NCBI GenBank assembly: GCA_030583825.1
Contig: CP129477.1
Location: 758,294 to 822,293 of the forward strand
Length of the DNA stretch: 64,000 nt
Direction: 5' to 3'
DNA from: Candidatus Dojkabacteria bacterium
GTDB lineage: Bacteria > Patescibacteriota > Dojkabacteria > GCA-002793355
Shown: one piece after another, positions 45,561 through 55,517 of the stretch
How the letters are laid out: each line of letters opens with the position of its first letter
How positions within the stretch are numbered: the stretch's first letter is position 1
Program-made: the position numbers and the translations under genes
The notes under the pieces: generated by a model
What the model was told of the DNA's origin: nothing
The model's database searches: none
What the model saw: only the letters and a program-made list of their open reading frames with translations

Positions 45561-48244
45561 TGCATTCCTATAATTTAAGAGCCCGGTGGTCAACTATTTG
45601 TTGGCTTATTGGTTTTGTATTGCTTAATGTACTGTTATGGCTTGTATTGTTTCGATACAATGGCTATATCTTTTTCTGGGATTTATCTGGAGGATTTCCT
45701 CTTGAAAACTCTTATTTGCAGTACTTCTTTACCTACTCTCCGTATGATGGTGTTGATATTGCGCTCAAGCAGCGTGCGCCAATAATGATGGTTGTGTTCA
45801 TTATTCAAAAGATATGCGAAATATTTGGTGCGTCTTCTATTGGGTTGCCAATCAAAATCGTTTTGTGGATTATGTTTGCTGGAACATACACAAGCTTTTT
45901 TATTTTTGGACAGAAAATTGCAAACTCACTTCGTATTTCACTCGACAACTCCTTTAAAACTCAATTTCTATGGATGATCCTCTCACTTCTTTCGTTACTT
46001 ATTCCATTTTACCTGTACCGAATTGTGCATTTGCATCTCTTTTTGTTCCCAATGTTCTACCCTGTGTTTATTTATATTGTTATCGCATTGCTGACAAGAA
46101 AAGCCCTGAGTACTAAATTATGGTCTGTTATTGCCCTGTTTCTTTTTTTTGGAATTACGACGCCACATGCAATTCTTTATTTTACAGCTACCTTTATTGT
46201 TCTTCTAGGAATGCTATTTCTTCGAAGGGAAGCAGTCTCTTTATCGCAGATTATACGAAGACTAGCGATGTTTATATTTCTTGCAGCAGTTATGAATCTC
46301 CACTGGCTATTACTCTTTATTTCTACTCCTATCGTTGCGCCAAACTACACAGTGAATGAAAGTATGATGGACTTATTAACTCAAAATCTATCGTTCTTTA
46401 GTTTCTTTACCGACACCGGAGACTGGTTTATCGCAGGAAAAGAATTATCTCCGCTTGCAGAAAACTCATTTATGCAAATTCTCCAAATTCTCGGACTGTA
46501 TTTGTATATCTCTTTTATACTCTTTGCTGTAAAAGCATATAGAAAAAATGTAGTAGTACTCTCTGGGATAATAATTACTCTACTTGTCTTTCTTTCGACA
46601 GTTCCGGAGATGCCTATCTTTCACTATATTACGACGCGCTTAGTTTATTTTGATGCTGGATGGTTGCTGAGGGAAGTATATCGTCTTAAATTTCTTTCTT
46701 CGTTTTGGATGTTCTTTTTATTCGCACTGGGGATTTTTACAATTTTGAGAACTCAGTGGACAAATAACCGATATGATCTATTTGTCTCCCGTGTAATTGC
46801 TTTTACTGCGATTTTACTTTTTATTGCGTGGAACCTGCCGTTATCGGTAAAAATATTTCAATATATCCGTCCACAGATAGTTCCTTCAGAATTGATGGAT
46901 GTAAATAACGCGCTGTCTAAGGAGCATTATGGAATGGTTGCATACTTGCCGGAATCACCGCAGAATAACGTCGAATGGCTAAAAACTGCATTTCCTGGAG
47001 TTGACACTGCAAACCGTGATGCTATTAAGTATGCACTGGCTAAACCGCCAGTACATGAGAGTAGCAGCCTTCCTAACCCGAAGTCATTTAAAGAACGGTA
47101 TATGTATTCTCTGTTTGGAGAGCAATCTATTCCTATTGCGAGCAAACTTGCGCAATCAGGCATAGGATATTTCATTATTGAAAAATCATCGCAAGCACCG
47201 TATTGTGTGCTTGTTTCGTCGTTACAAATAGATGCAATGTTTCAATTTTTACATGATGAGGTGAATGTAAAAGTCCTCCATGATGATAAGTACTTTTCTT
47301 TGTATAAACTACGTACATATAGAGAGTCATTTATCGAAAAAGTGCAACATGTGCAAGAAACGAAATTAGAGCTTTTTACTCATCCGGACGATATATTTAT
47401 AATTGACAGCTTGTCTGGGGAGTATTCTAAGGAGAGTGGCTGGAATAAAGCGTCGTTGAAAGACCCTATTAATTATGAGTTTTCTCAGATTGCACTTCGA
47501 TATTTGCCAATTGCTCCATTTTCTCGTCAGTTTGACGGCATTTTGTATTCGTATGTTGCAGATGTTCCTGAAGAACCATACTATGCGTCTACTCGCCTTG
47601 AGCTTGACCCACAGTGCCGAAGAGATTGTGATATTTGGGCAGCCGTATTATTTTCTCCTCGAGGTGGAAATCTTTCTTTCACAGTGAATGGAGAAACAAT
47701 GTTATTGCCTCTAAGAGAAGATACAACCGAAATTCGATGGGTGAAACTATTTCGTGGAATGTCGTTTAAGCCTGGCGATTCGGTTCCACTTACCTTGGCT
47801 AATGAAAAAGGATTCTCTGCAATAACAGCAGTTGCATTTGATGCCAGTGGAAGCTTTGCTCAGCAAGCAAATATAGCTGCTTACGAGACTGAGGTTGCAT
47901 CACCTTCGTGTTATATTCAGGAACGATCTTTGTTTAAAAGTATTCAGACTTTTGCCGTGACTACATACTGTAATACCCCGACTCAGTTGGTAAATTCGGT
48001 GTTCGAATCGGAGTTTCTTGTCTTCGATATAAAAACTTTACATTTCTCTTTTGCAAATGAAATTTCCGTACCAGAAGGAGTTAATTCGCATGTCGTATTC
48101 TTTGTCGGTAGAAAAGATATTGCATTGTGGGCTTTGCTGTTGGTAGAAAGTATTTTGCTAGTTGGATTTTGTTTGTATGTATTCCGACCATTTTTCGCGA
48201 ATTTTATCCCAGGAAAAATGAGAGGCAAACTGAATTCCCGCTAA
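45557..48244 (+). CDS. large polytopic membrane protein (895 aa) with the same architecture (N-terminal TM bundle, external domain, C-terminal TM)
   Basis: Start overlaps the previous stop (ATGATG). About 12 N-terminal hydrophobic segments and a C-terminal helix ALWALLLVESILLVGFCLYVF. Confidence 0.45.
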   Translation: MMHSYNLRARWSTICWLIGFVLLNVLLWLVLFRYNGYIFFWDLSGGFPLENSYLQYFFTYSPYDGVDIALKQRAPIMMVVFIIQKICEIFGASSIGLPIKIVLWIMFAGTYTSFFIFGQKIANSLRISLDNSFKTQFLWMILSLLSLLIPFYLYRIVHLHLFLFPMFYPVFIYIVIALLTRKALSTKLWSVIALFLFFGITTPHAILYFTATFIVLLGMLFLRREAVSLSQIIRRLAMFIFLAAVMNLHWLLLFISTPIVAPNYTVNESMMDLLTQNLSFFSFFTDTGDWFIAGKELSPLAENSFMQILQILGLYLYISFILFAVKAYRKNVVVLSGIIITLLVFLSTVPEMPIFHYITTRLVYFDAGWLLREVYRLKFLSSFWMFFLFALGIFTILRTQWTNNRYDLFVSRVIAFTAILLFIAWNLPLSVKIFQYIRPQIVPSELMDVNNALSKEHYGMVAYLPESPQNNVEWLKTAFPGVDTANRDAIKYALAKPPVHESSSLPNPKSFKERYMYSLFGEQSIPIASKLAQSGIGYFIIEKSSQAPYCVLVSSLQIDAMFQFLHDEVNVKVLHDDKYFSLYKLRTYRESFIEKVQHVQETKLELFTHPDDIFIIDSLSGEYSKESGWNKASLKDPINYEFSQIALRYLPIAPFSRQFDGILYSYVADVPEEPYYASTRLELDPQCRRDCDIWAAVLFSPRGGNLSFTVNGETMLLPLREDTTEIRWVKLFRGMSFKPGDSVPLTLANEKGFSAITAVAFDASGSFAQQANIAAYETEVASPSCYIQERSLFKSIQTFAVTTYCNTPTQLVNSVFESEFLVFDIKTLHFSFANEISVPEGVNSHVVFFVGRKDIALWALLLVESILLVGFCLYVFRPFFANFIPGKMRGKLNSR

Positions 48245-49270
48245 GACTTTTGAAATATATGTTTGATCCTGTACCTGGATACGAGTAATAATATCCGGTA
48301 ATACTGTTTCTAGTGCTGTTCCTTCCGGGAAAATATAGCCTGTATCGTCTTTTACACTATCTTGTAATCCTGGAACTTTAAAGCAAAGCGTAGGAACTCC
48401 CTGACTTGCCGCTTCTGTTACTGTTATTCCCCACCCTTCACGCGGAGAAAGCTGTACATGCAAATGGCTTCTGCGAAGCAACTCAACTTTCTTTTCTTCT
48501 GTAACATACCCGTGAAATGTAACCGATGACTCTAGTCCAAGCTCTTTTGTAATTTCTTCCAAACGTGCTTCGTCATCTCCTTTGCCGACAATGTCGAAAT
48601 GCACGGGCACATTGAGAGTATCTTTAATCAAAGAAAGACTTCGCAAAAATAAATCCAGCCGCTTATGTCTTTTTACCCGCCCTAGCGCAATAAATCGAAT
48701 ACCTTCATTCAACGGATGCGCAGAATATTCATATTGTGTAAGTTTTGTGGCAATGCCATTCGGGATGACAGTGATATGCTCTGCCGGAATTCCAAGTGCT
48801 TCAACCTGTTCAAATGACGACTGTGAAACAGTCACAATTGAAGCATTTTTATACAGTGTACTCGTAAGAAAGCGCGCAATACTTCCTAATAATGGGCCAA
48901 TTATTCCCAACTCTGCTTTCCACTCCTCTTTTTGAATATGATGGACAATTGCAATGGCTTTTTTATTCAAAAGAGGTACAAGAAACGGCCATGCATTGTA
49001 GTTCTCAATGATAATATCTGTATTTTTGGATAAGTTTCGAAGAAAATAAAGCGGTAGCTCAAGATACAGGGAAAATTTATTTCCTCTATGAATATATGTT
49101 ACTCCATTATCTTGCTGCATATGTGCAGCACCTGGAAAGTTACCACATAGCACTGTTACAGAATGTCCCTGCGATGCGAGATGCTCCACCATATGTGTTA
49201 TGTATGTTTCTGCACCCCCCGCTGACGGATGAAATTTATCTCTCCAGCTGAAGCAAACAATGTTAGCCAT
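48158..49270 (-). CDS. glycosyltransferase family 4
   Basis: 370 aa. EGWGITVTEAASQGVPTLCFKVPGL (E-x7-E). Its 3' end overlaps the convergent 895-aa gene by 87 nt. Confidence 0.8.
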   Translation of the reverse strand: MANIVCFSWRDKFHPSAGGAETYITHMVEHLASQGHSVTVLCGNFPGAAHMQQDNGVTYIHRGNKFSLYLELPLYFLRNLSKNTDIIIENYNAWPFLVPLLNKKAIAIVHHIQKEEWKAELGIIGPLLGSIARFLTSTLYKNASIVTVSQSSFEQVEALGIPAEHITVIPNGIATKLTQYEYSAHPLNEGIRFIALGRVKRHKRLDLFLRSLSLIKDTLNVPVHFDIVGKGDDEARLEEITKELGLESSVTFHGYVTEEKKVELLRRSHLHVQLSPREGWGITVTEAASQGVPTLCFKVPGLQDSVKDDTGYIFPEGTALETVLPDIITRIQVQDQTYISKVLAGIQFASHFSWDKIREKWSEYIQTKSN

Positions 49271-49287
49271 AACAGTCGTCTCTTAAC

Positions 49288-50970
49288 TTAGTGTATACGA
49301 ATCAGGTAAATACCGTCTTTGCTCCATTCTATAGCATTGGTATAACACTGAGCAACATCTTCTTTTTCGTCGTAGGCTTTTACATTGTTGTCAAAAATGA
49401 CAAAGTCAATGGTATCACTACTTTCTAAAAGTTGGCAGTTACGGTATTGTTCTAAGTATTCGCTATAGCGATGATGTCTTTCCATAAACCCTCCATTGCT
49501 AATAAAGTTTGCCTTTTGCAGGTAAGGATGAAAATCTGTACCAAAATATCCCCATAAATATTCTTTCATATATAAACGCTGTGGTTGTGGTACAACTAAT
49601 ACGTTACTGCCTTCGGGCATAGGAATTTCTGTATATGCCTGAGGAATCTTCACGAAAACGGTATTGCTAACAACGTTTCCTGTCCACCATGGGAAAGATG
49701 TTCCCACCATGCTCATAACTATAACGCAGAATGCGGCAATGAAAAGAAAAGATTTTTTCTTGATAAGATTGACTATTTCGCTAAAAAACGTTGGTAAAAG
49801 AAATATCAGTGGGAAAAATGATAATGCCCATAATTTTGTGGAGCTCCAGCGCAATATTTGATTTACAATGGGCACAAAACGCAGTAAGTTCATTGTGTAA
49901 CCCGAAATAAGTATTTGGGCAACAATCCATAACGAGAGTAGAAATAGAGTACGTCGGGACTTCTTTTTAGTTTGATACACAGTCGCTATTATGACAAGCG
50001 GTGGTAATATTCCCATTAACACAAAGGGAATTGAATCGTAGAGAGGTTCCAGTTCAAAAATTCTCTCTCCTTCGCCCTTGTTTAAGAGCATCCAGCTTGT
50101 TGCGGAACGAACTACGTTTGTTAGAGAATTTCGTTGAATTTCTGCAGCCAGCAATGATTCTGTAACTTCTTGTGACTTTGGATCCTGCGCAATTTCCTGT
50201 CCATACGAAACAATTTCAATCGGTAAAAATACACGGTGCGAGCTCAAAAGAATGAGAAACTGGGTAACAATTGCCCATACTCCCAAAATTGTAATAGCTT
50301 TTATTATCGCATTTTTCCCTTCGCTCCTATCGTTAAGCCATGCGATACTCACGATAGTTGCAGTCACAATAAAAAATCCGAACGCAACGGGATTGATAGA
50401 AGTTCCAAAGAGAAAAAGTATCCCCACAGACTCCAAAATTGTGAGCAAAAGTGTTTTATCTTGTCGGTCGGTGGTAATAAAGTGAATGAACGCTGGTATT
50501 CCTGCAAACGCTGAGGCAAATAATACGATAGGCTGTGAATATATCCACAGCGGTATTAGCGAACTCAATACAAAAAGAAGGCCGAGGATAACGATAATAC
50601 CTTTAAATCGTGTGATTTGCTCTACAATGACTGCTTTTTCCACAAGTTTTATGATAAAAAAGCACCCTATGAAAAATGATCCCCAGTAAAAGATGTGCGA
50701 CACAACCCACGCGGGAATCGAAAAAAACGTAAGAATAATGCTCGGAGTATATAATAGTGGGCCAAATTCAAAGAAATTACTCGAATGTTGAATGTGATAC
50801 CACAGTGTTTCAAATGAGAAGAAAGGAGATCCATTGTCCAAACCCATAATTGTGTATTCAGGGCGTATATTTATAAGTACAGCAATGGACAGAAAAATCC
50901 AAATAAGTACAGGATAGTGGCGGTTTATATACGAGTTCCAAGTTTTATATCTTTCAAAAAGCTTATGCAT
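49288..50970 (-). CDS. polytopic membrane protein (560 aa), putative GT-C glycosyltransferase using a polyprenyl-phosphate-sugar donor
   Basis: About 12 TM segments with a C-terminal soluble domain. Sandwiched between and translationally coupled to GT2 (8-nt overlap) and GT4 (17-nt gap). This mirrors ArnC/ArnT or Dpm1/Pmt pairings. Confidence 0.45.
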   Translation of the reverse strand: MHKLFERYKTWNSYINRHYPVLIWIFLSIAVLINIRPEYTIMGLDNGSPFFSFETLWYHIQHSSNFFEFGPLLYTPSIILTFFSIPAWVVSHIFYWGSFFIGCFFIIKLVEKAVIVEQITRFKGIIVILGLLFVLSSLIPLWIYSQPIVLFASAFAGIPAFIHFITTDRQDKTLLLTILESVGILFLFGTSINPVAFGFFIVTATIVSIAWLNDRSEGKNAIIKAITILGVWAIVTQFLILLSSHRVFLPIEIVSYGQEIAQDPKSQEVTESLLAAEIQRNSLTNVVRSATSWMLLNKGEGERIFELEPLYDSIPFVLMGILPPLVIIATVYQTKKKSRRTLFLLSLWIVAQILISGYTMNLLRFVPIVNQILRWSSTKLWALSFFPLIFLLPTFFSEIVNLIKKKSFLFIAAFCVIVMSMVGTSFPWWTGNVVSNTVFVKIPQAYTEIPMPEGSNVLVVPQPQRLYMKEYLWGYFGTDFHPYLQKANFISNGGFMERHHRYSEYLEQYRNCQLLESSDTIDFVIFDNNVKAYDEKEDVAQCYTNAIEWSKDGIYLIRIH

Positions 50971-51718
50971 GTTCCAGCTTTGAAAATATGCGGTATTTTA
51001 TAACCTGGCGGTACATCTGAATAAACTCTTTTATAACGTTTGGAATTGCTTTTGCAACATTGAGTTTGCTACCGTTTTTTACATACCAAGTACTTGCATG
51101 CTCTTTTGTTTTGTATCCTAGATATTTCATAATGAGCAGAATATTTACGTCGAATGTCCATCCTTTTGCAACAATATATGGCGCAACCTGCTTAATAACT
51201 GGCGCACGAAACAATTTTAGTCCACATTGGGTGTCATTGAAATATAGTCGGAATAAAGTACGAACAGCAATATTAAAAAGTCTACTCATTATATGTCTTG
51301 TAAGCGGAAGATGCCCAATAATCTTGCTTTTCCTCATATATCGGCTTGAAATAATAGCATCATACTCTACATCTCTATGTAAAACACGATACAATGAGAC
51401 AATATCTTGCCCCGGAGAAGCACCATCGGCATCAATAAATCCAATAATATCTCCTTGCGACATAGATACACCTTGCAGCACTGCTTCGCCTTTACCGTTT
51501 ACTTTACCAATATCAATAATTTGCAAGCTTTTAAAACGGTTATCTTTTTTTACTTGTTGGAGAATATCAACAGTTTCGTCTGTTGTGTTGTTAACAATGA
51601 CCAGTACTTCGAAATCTTCTTCGTTGAACCGGGATGTCAGAGAATAATACACATCGAGAATAGTGGGACGGATTCTATGAGCCTCGTCTTTTGCAGGGAT
51701 GATGATTGACAGTTTCAT
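50963..51718 (-). CDS. GT2 glycosyltransferase (polyprenyl-phosphate sugar synthase-like)
   Basis: 251 aa. LSIIIPAKDEAHRI, VIVNNTTDET and the DxD region GFIDADGASP. Confidence 0.8.
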   Translation of the reverse strand: MKLSIIIPAKDEAHRIRPTILDVYYSLTSRFNEEDFEVLVIVNNTTDETVDILQQVKKDNRFKSLQIIDIGKVNGKGEAVLQGVSMSQGDIIGFIDADGASPGQDIVSLYRVLHRDVEYDAIISSRYMRKSKIIGHLPLTRHIMSRLFNIAVRTLFRLYFNDTQCGLKLFRAPVIKQVAPYIVAKGWTFDVNILLIMKYLGYKTKEHASTWYVKNGSKLNVAKAIPNVIKEFIQMYRQVIKYRIFSKLEHA

Positions 51719-51765
51719 TGTAGGAAATTATATCCTACTCTCCACTGTTTGTCTTGATGGTAGAT

Positions 51766-51990
51766 CTATGACTTAGCGGCCACAGAGTGAAGAAGACGTC
51801 CATAACCGGCAATAACAATACCGATACCATAAACGACTGCTCCAAAAATACCGATAGTATCAAAGTTGTAGCTTGTTTCCTCAGGTGTAATGTACGGACT
51901 TGTTCCCCCGGCTGCATTAACAATAGCTGGAGAAGAGGCAACCATCATCACAACACCAAGAAAAATAGCTATAAGAACTATTTTTTTCAT
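51766..51990 (-). CDS. small membrane/secreted protein (75 aa), paralog of 52231..52461
   Basis: Start at MKKIVLIAI (51990), preceded by a GAGAAAGAGGAAT RBS. N-terminal hydrophobic helix, then GGTSPYITPEETSYNFD, then a second Gly-rich hydrophobic helix. Confidence 0.45.
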   Translation of the reverse strand: MKKIVLIAIFLGVVMMVASSPAIVNAAGGTSPYITPEETSYNFDTIGIFGAVVYGIGIVIAGYGRLLHSVAAKS

Positions 51991-52230
51991 ATTCCTCTTT
52001 CTCAATATTAATTTTACAGAATATTATACTATAGGATTGTATTACTGTCAAGGTGGTACCTACCCTCTTTAGGGTCTATGTACTGAGGGCAATACTTTGC
52101 AACTTGATGAGCAAGAATATAATAAACTGTAAGCTTTAAACGAAAAGAAGGTACAAAAGTAACAGAGATCTATGAGTTTCGAAGTGAGAAATTTCCCAAT
52201 AGTGGGAAGATTTGAATATGGAAAGAAGAA

Positions 52231-52461
52231 TTACTTCTCTGCGTATTTGTTCGAAATGATTTTACCGGCGGTATAAAACAGAATTCCACCGAACCATACG
52301 ACACCGCCGACAATAAAAAGCATATCAAAGTTAATGCTGGTATCTTCTGGATCAACATATGGGCTCCCTGTTGCTGCAATTTTCGGAATTGAAAGAAAAA
52401 GAGTCATCGCAAAATATGCGACGATTGCACTTGCTATGAGGAACAGTTTTTTAGTATTCAT
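52231..52461 (-). CDS. small membrane/secreted protein (76 aa), paralog of 51766..51990
   Basis: Same layout: MNTKKLFLIASAIVAYFAMTLFLSIPKIAATGSPYVDPEDTSINFD, then a Gly-rich helix. Confidence 0.45.
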   Translation of the reverse strand: MNTKKLFLIASAIVAYFAMTLFLSIPKIAATGSPYVDPEDTSINFDMLFIVGGVVWFGGILFYTAGKIISNKYAEK

Positions 52462-52538
52462 GTTTCTATGAATAGGCAGTAATTTACGTTACGAACATGC
52501 TAATACAAATTTTTTGAAAATGCAAATAATAAGGCTCT

Positions 52539-52796
52539 TTAAAGAATACCTAATAATTTTGCGATAAAGCTGAGTGTACTTTCTGTTGGAATGCCGAGAG
52601 CATTAAATATCCATAACGTTGTTAAAGTTATAACCCAAAGGAATATTGTCTTTATGTATAGTTCGTACTTTACCCACCATGTCTCCTGGTACTTAACAAA
52701 GTCAGTTATTGCGGATCTATATTTTTCCGTAATAGTGTATGTGTCATTGGCCCACTCTTTCATAAGTAGGACGATATCGCGCTCGCTTTGTGTCAT
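52539..52796 (-). CDS. small membrane protein (85 aa), hypothetical
   Basis: ORF with a C-terminal hydrophobic helix. Weak support. Confidence 0.3.
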   Translation of the reverse strand: MTQSERDIVLLMKEWANDTYTITEKYRSAITDFVKYQETWWVKYELYIKTIFLWVITLTTLWIFNALGIPTESTLSFIAKLLGIL

Positions 52797-53092
52797 TATA
52801 AATTTCTCTAATGATGAGATTTTTTAGCTAGTTGTGGGTAACGTCTGTCAATTTCTCTATTTGCTTTACGAAACTCGCGGATTGCAATTTTGAGCATATC
52901 AATAATGACTTGTGATCCGTCTATTTCTCCAGAAGGAGTTTTTGGCACTTTATAGTTTGCCATGTCTTGACAAGAAATCAAATTATATACTCAAGTATAG
53001 CGATTCTGAACGCACATTTCAAACGAAAATGTCGGAACTTGGTAAGAACTTTAGCTATTATAAATTGGGAAAAGTGATCGGTAAACTAAACT

Positions 53093-53791
53093 CTAGCGAG
53101 CGTATCCTGAGTTAGTTCTGTCGGCAAAAATGACAATACGAATAGGAGACTTCAAATATTTACATGTGTACAAGATCATATCTGTATTTGCGGGGTTAAT
53201 AAGAGTGACTTCTTCTACTCTGCGGACAACGTACTCAAACTTACGCTGATTCCAAATGACTGTGAAAGTATCTCCAGGCTTTAGCTTTGGCAAGTTAAAA
53301 AATGAATTTGTTTTTCTGAATTCATTTGTCCATTCAATATATCCGAATCGGTGGGCTGCGAGCACTGTTGGCTTTGTGAAATCTTCGGGATTTCCCCAAT
53401 CAGGAGTTCTCCACATTCCTCGATATAATGCTCTTTTACTGTCCTGTCCTTCGTGAATCGGCCCATTTACCCCAATACTTGGAATAAGTAGTGTATTTGT
53501 TTTAGGTAAATTTGGATCAACTGGCGGTAATATTGGCTCTGCAGGAGTTGGAGTAGGTGTTACAGGTATATTTGACGGTGTTGGCGTTGGAGTTGCGGCC
53601 GCAACGGTGGAAATAGTCAATGTAGCAATTTCGTCTTCAGTGGCATCGGGATTTATCGAGTAGTAAATGTAAGGAAACGCCGGAATCAATACAAAAATAA
53701 GGCCAAGTGCAACGAACACTGCTCCGATTGCTGTGTAAATACGTCCAATTTGCGACAGAAACTGCTGTCTTTCGTTCTGGTAATACTGCAT
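53093..53791 (-). CDS. sortase family transpeptidase
   Basis: 232 aa. N-terminal TM anchor, TPTPTPS...TPTPTPAEP linker, LLIPSIGVNGPIHEG, conserved His in VLAAHRFGY, catalytic Cys in the TLxTC-like MILYTCKY, and a downstream Arg. Confidence 0.8.
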   Translation of the reverse strand: MQYYQNERQQFLSQIGRIYTAIGAVFVALGLIFVLIPAFPYIYYSINPDATEDEIATLTISTVAAATPTPTPSNIPVTPTPTPAEPILPPVDPNLPKTNTLLIPSIGVNGPIHEGQDSKRALYRGMWRTPDWGNPEDFTKPTVLAAHRFGYIEWTNEFRKTNSFFNLPKLKPGDTFTVIWNQRKFEYVVRRVEEVTLINPANTDMILYTCKYLKSPIRIVIFADRTNSGYAR

Positions 53792-53882
53792 ATCTTAATT
53801 ATACTACACATTATATTGTCATCTTCGATTTTCAAATATGAGGTTGCGAGAAAAAAAATAATTCACTATACTGTTCCTGAGC

Positions 53883-55517
53883 ATGGCTTTCACAATATTA
53901 AAAATCAATAAAGAGAAAACTGTTATTTGGGGAAAGCGCCTTACCTTCGTGGTAATCTTGCTATTATCTCTTTTTGGAATCTGGGGAGCTGTCTTCACTT
54001 ATCAAGAATCACTAACCGCTTGGGATGATATTCATACCTGGAAAAATCCAACAGTTATGTATAAAGATTTAGGTAATGAATCAAAGAATACATTAACAGT
54101 AGATGAAGAATCTCAGACAATTCAATACGACATCGAATATTGTGCTTTGTACCAGGTCACTATATCGGCAGACAATATCGAATATAACTGTTCTTATCTC
54201 CCCTACACATATTTAAAAGATTTCGCATTTGATAAAGTCACTAATACGGTATCAGGAGCTCCTATAGGGAAAGATTTCTCTTTTACATATCCACGTAATA
54301 CTGAAAACGCAGTATTTCCTGAAAGCTACCTAAGCCAACCAGTGTTAAATGAAGATTCATTTGCTTCAGATATCGGGAGCGCCGCTGTTCCTGTGAAGTT
54401 TACCGCAGATTTTCGATATGAAAAGCCGGATAAGAACCTATTTTCACTTATAAATCACTACTTTAAATATAGAACGGGAAATTTTTCTGAACTTCGCACA
54501 ACACTACTCTCTTGGTCTATTGAAAATTATGAAATACCACAACAGCCAGATCAGATGTCAGCGTCTGATAGAGATAAAGTTTTAAAAGAATGGGCAGATA
54601 AAGCCTTAGCAGATATTGAAAAATTCTATGGAATAGAAGGAGACATTGCAATGGCGGACTTCTCTGTGAAAGATGTGTTAAACAAGATCAAGAAAAATGA
54701 TGTTGTTTGTAAACTAAATTCCTTATCGAATAACGCAGAATGCTCAACTAAAGATGTTTCATATACAGATACAACTTTAATGCTGTATATGTATGCAAAG
54801 GCATATTCAGATCCAGGAATTGCAGAGAAAATTGCGACAGCAATAAAAGGCACGTACTTTCCTTTTACCGTTACTCGTGATGAAGAAGGAGCAATTGTAA
54901 ATGAACGTATTTCTTTTTCTGGATATCCACTATGCCCTATTATTGAAATTGAACGTGGACGCTTAAATCATGCTAATGTCTCTTTTGCTCGCGAGTATTA
55001 TAATCGAGTGGGATCATGGGTTTCTCATGCTCCACAATTGGTGTCAATTAATATTATAAACAGCGGAGAGAACAATTTATCAACCGTTTTTGTAAATAAT
55101 CCAGCAGCACGTGCGGTAGATACAGTGTGTGTAGACTTTCTGACAAAAAACGAGAAATTAACTGAATCGTATAGATTTGATGCATTATCGAGCGAAGATG
55201 ATAAAAGTGAATTTCATTCGCTTATGTTGTTGCGTTATCTGACATTATTCAAAGAAGGCAAAACGACTGTAAACATTTCTGACAATCATTTGAATTTTGC
55301 TGCTTATCCAACGGATGAATGGAAACAGCTTGCTGCTGAAGATCTTTTTATAAGTACTTTTTTGCATCCCTATAAGTATAACTTTCTGAGTCAACCATAT
55401 ACTTCTCAAGTTGTTGAAACAAATCAAAACTCTGTTGATAATTTAGTAGAATATGTTAAAACAGGAAATGTAGGTCTCACCTTATTAGTTATCTATTCTA
55501 TCTATGCATCGCTCTAA
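53883..55517 (+). CDS. N-terminally TM-anchored extracytoplasmic protein (544 aa), module A partner
   Basis: TM LTFVVILLLSLFGIWGAVF, then W-x-D...WKNP and SQTIQY...YC.LYQVT...YNC motifs shared with the 58926 paralog. Hydrophobic C-terminal 15 aa. Confidence 0.55.
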   Translation: MAFTILKINKEKTVIWGKRLTFVVILLLSLFGIWGAVFTYQESLTAWDDIHTWKNPTVMYKDLGNESKNTLTVDEESQTIQYDIEYCALYQVTISADNIEYNCSYLPYTYLKDFAFDKVTNTVSGAPIGKDFSFTYPRNTENAVFPESYLSQPVLNEDSFASDIGSAAVPVKFTADFRYEKPDKNLFSLINHYFKYRTGNFSELRTTLLSWSIENYEIPQQPDQMSASDRDKVLKEWADKALADIEKFYGIEGDIAMADFSVKDVLNKIKKNDVVCKLNSLSNNAECSTKDVSYTDTTLMLYMYAKAYSDPGIAEKIATAIKGTYFPFTVTRDEEGAIVNERISFSGYPLCPIIEIERGRLNHANVSFAREYYNRVGSWVSHAPQLVSINIINSGENNLSTVFVNNPAARAVDTVCVDFLTKNEKLTESYRFDALSSEDDKSEFHSLMLLRYLTLFKEGKTTVNISDNHLNFAAYPTDEWKQLAAEDLFISTFLHPYKYNFLSQPYTSQVVETNQNSVDNLVEYVKTGNVGLTLLVIYSIYASL

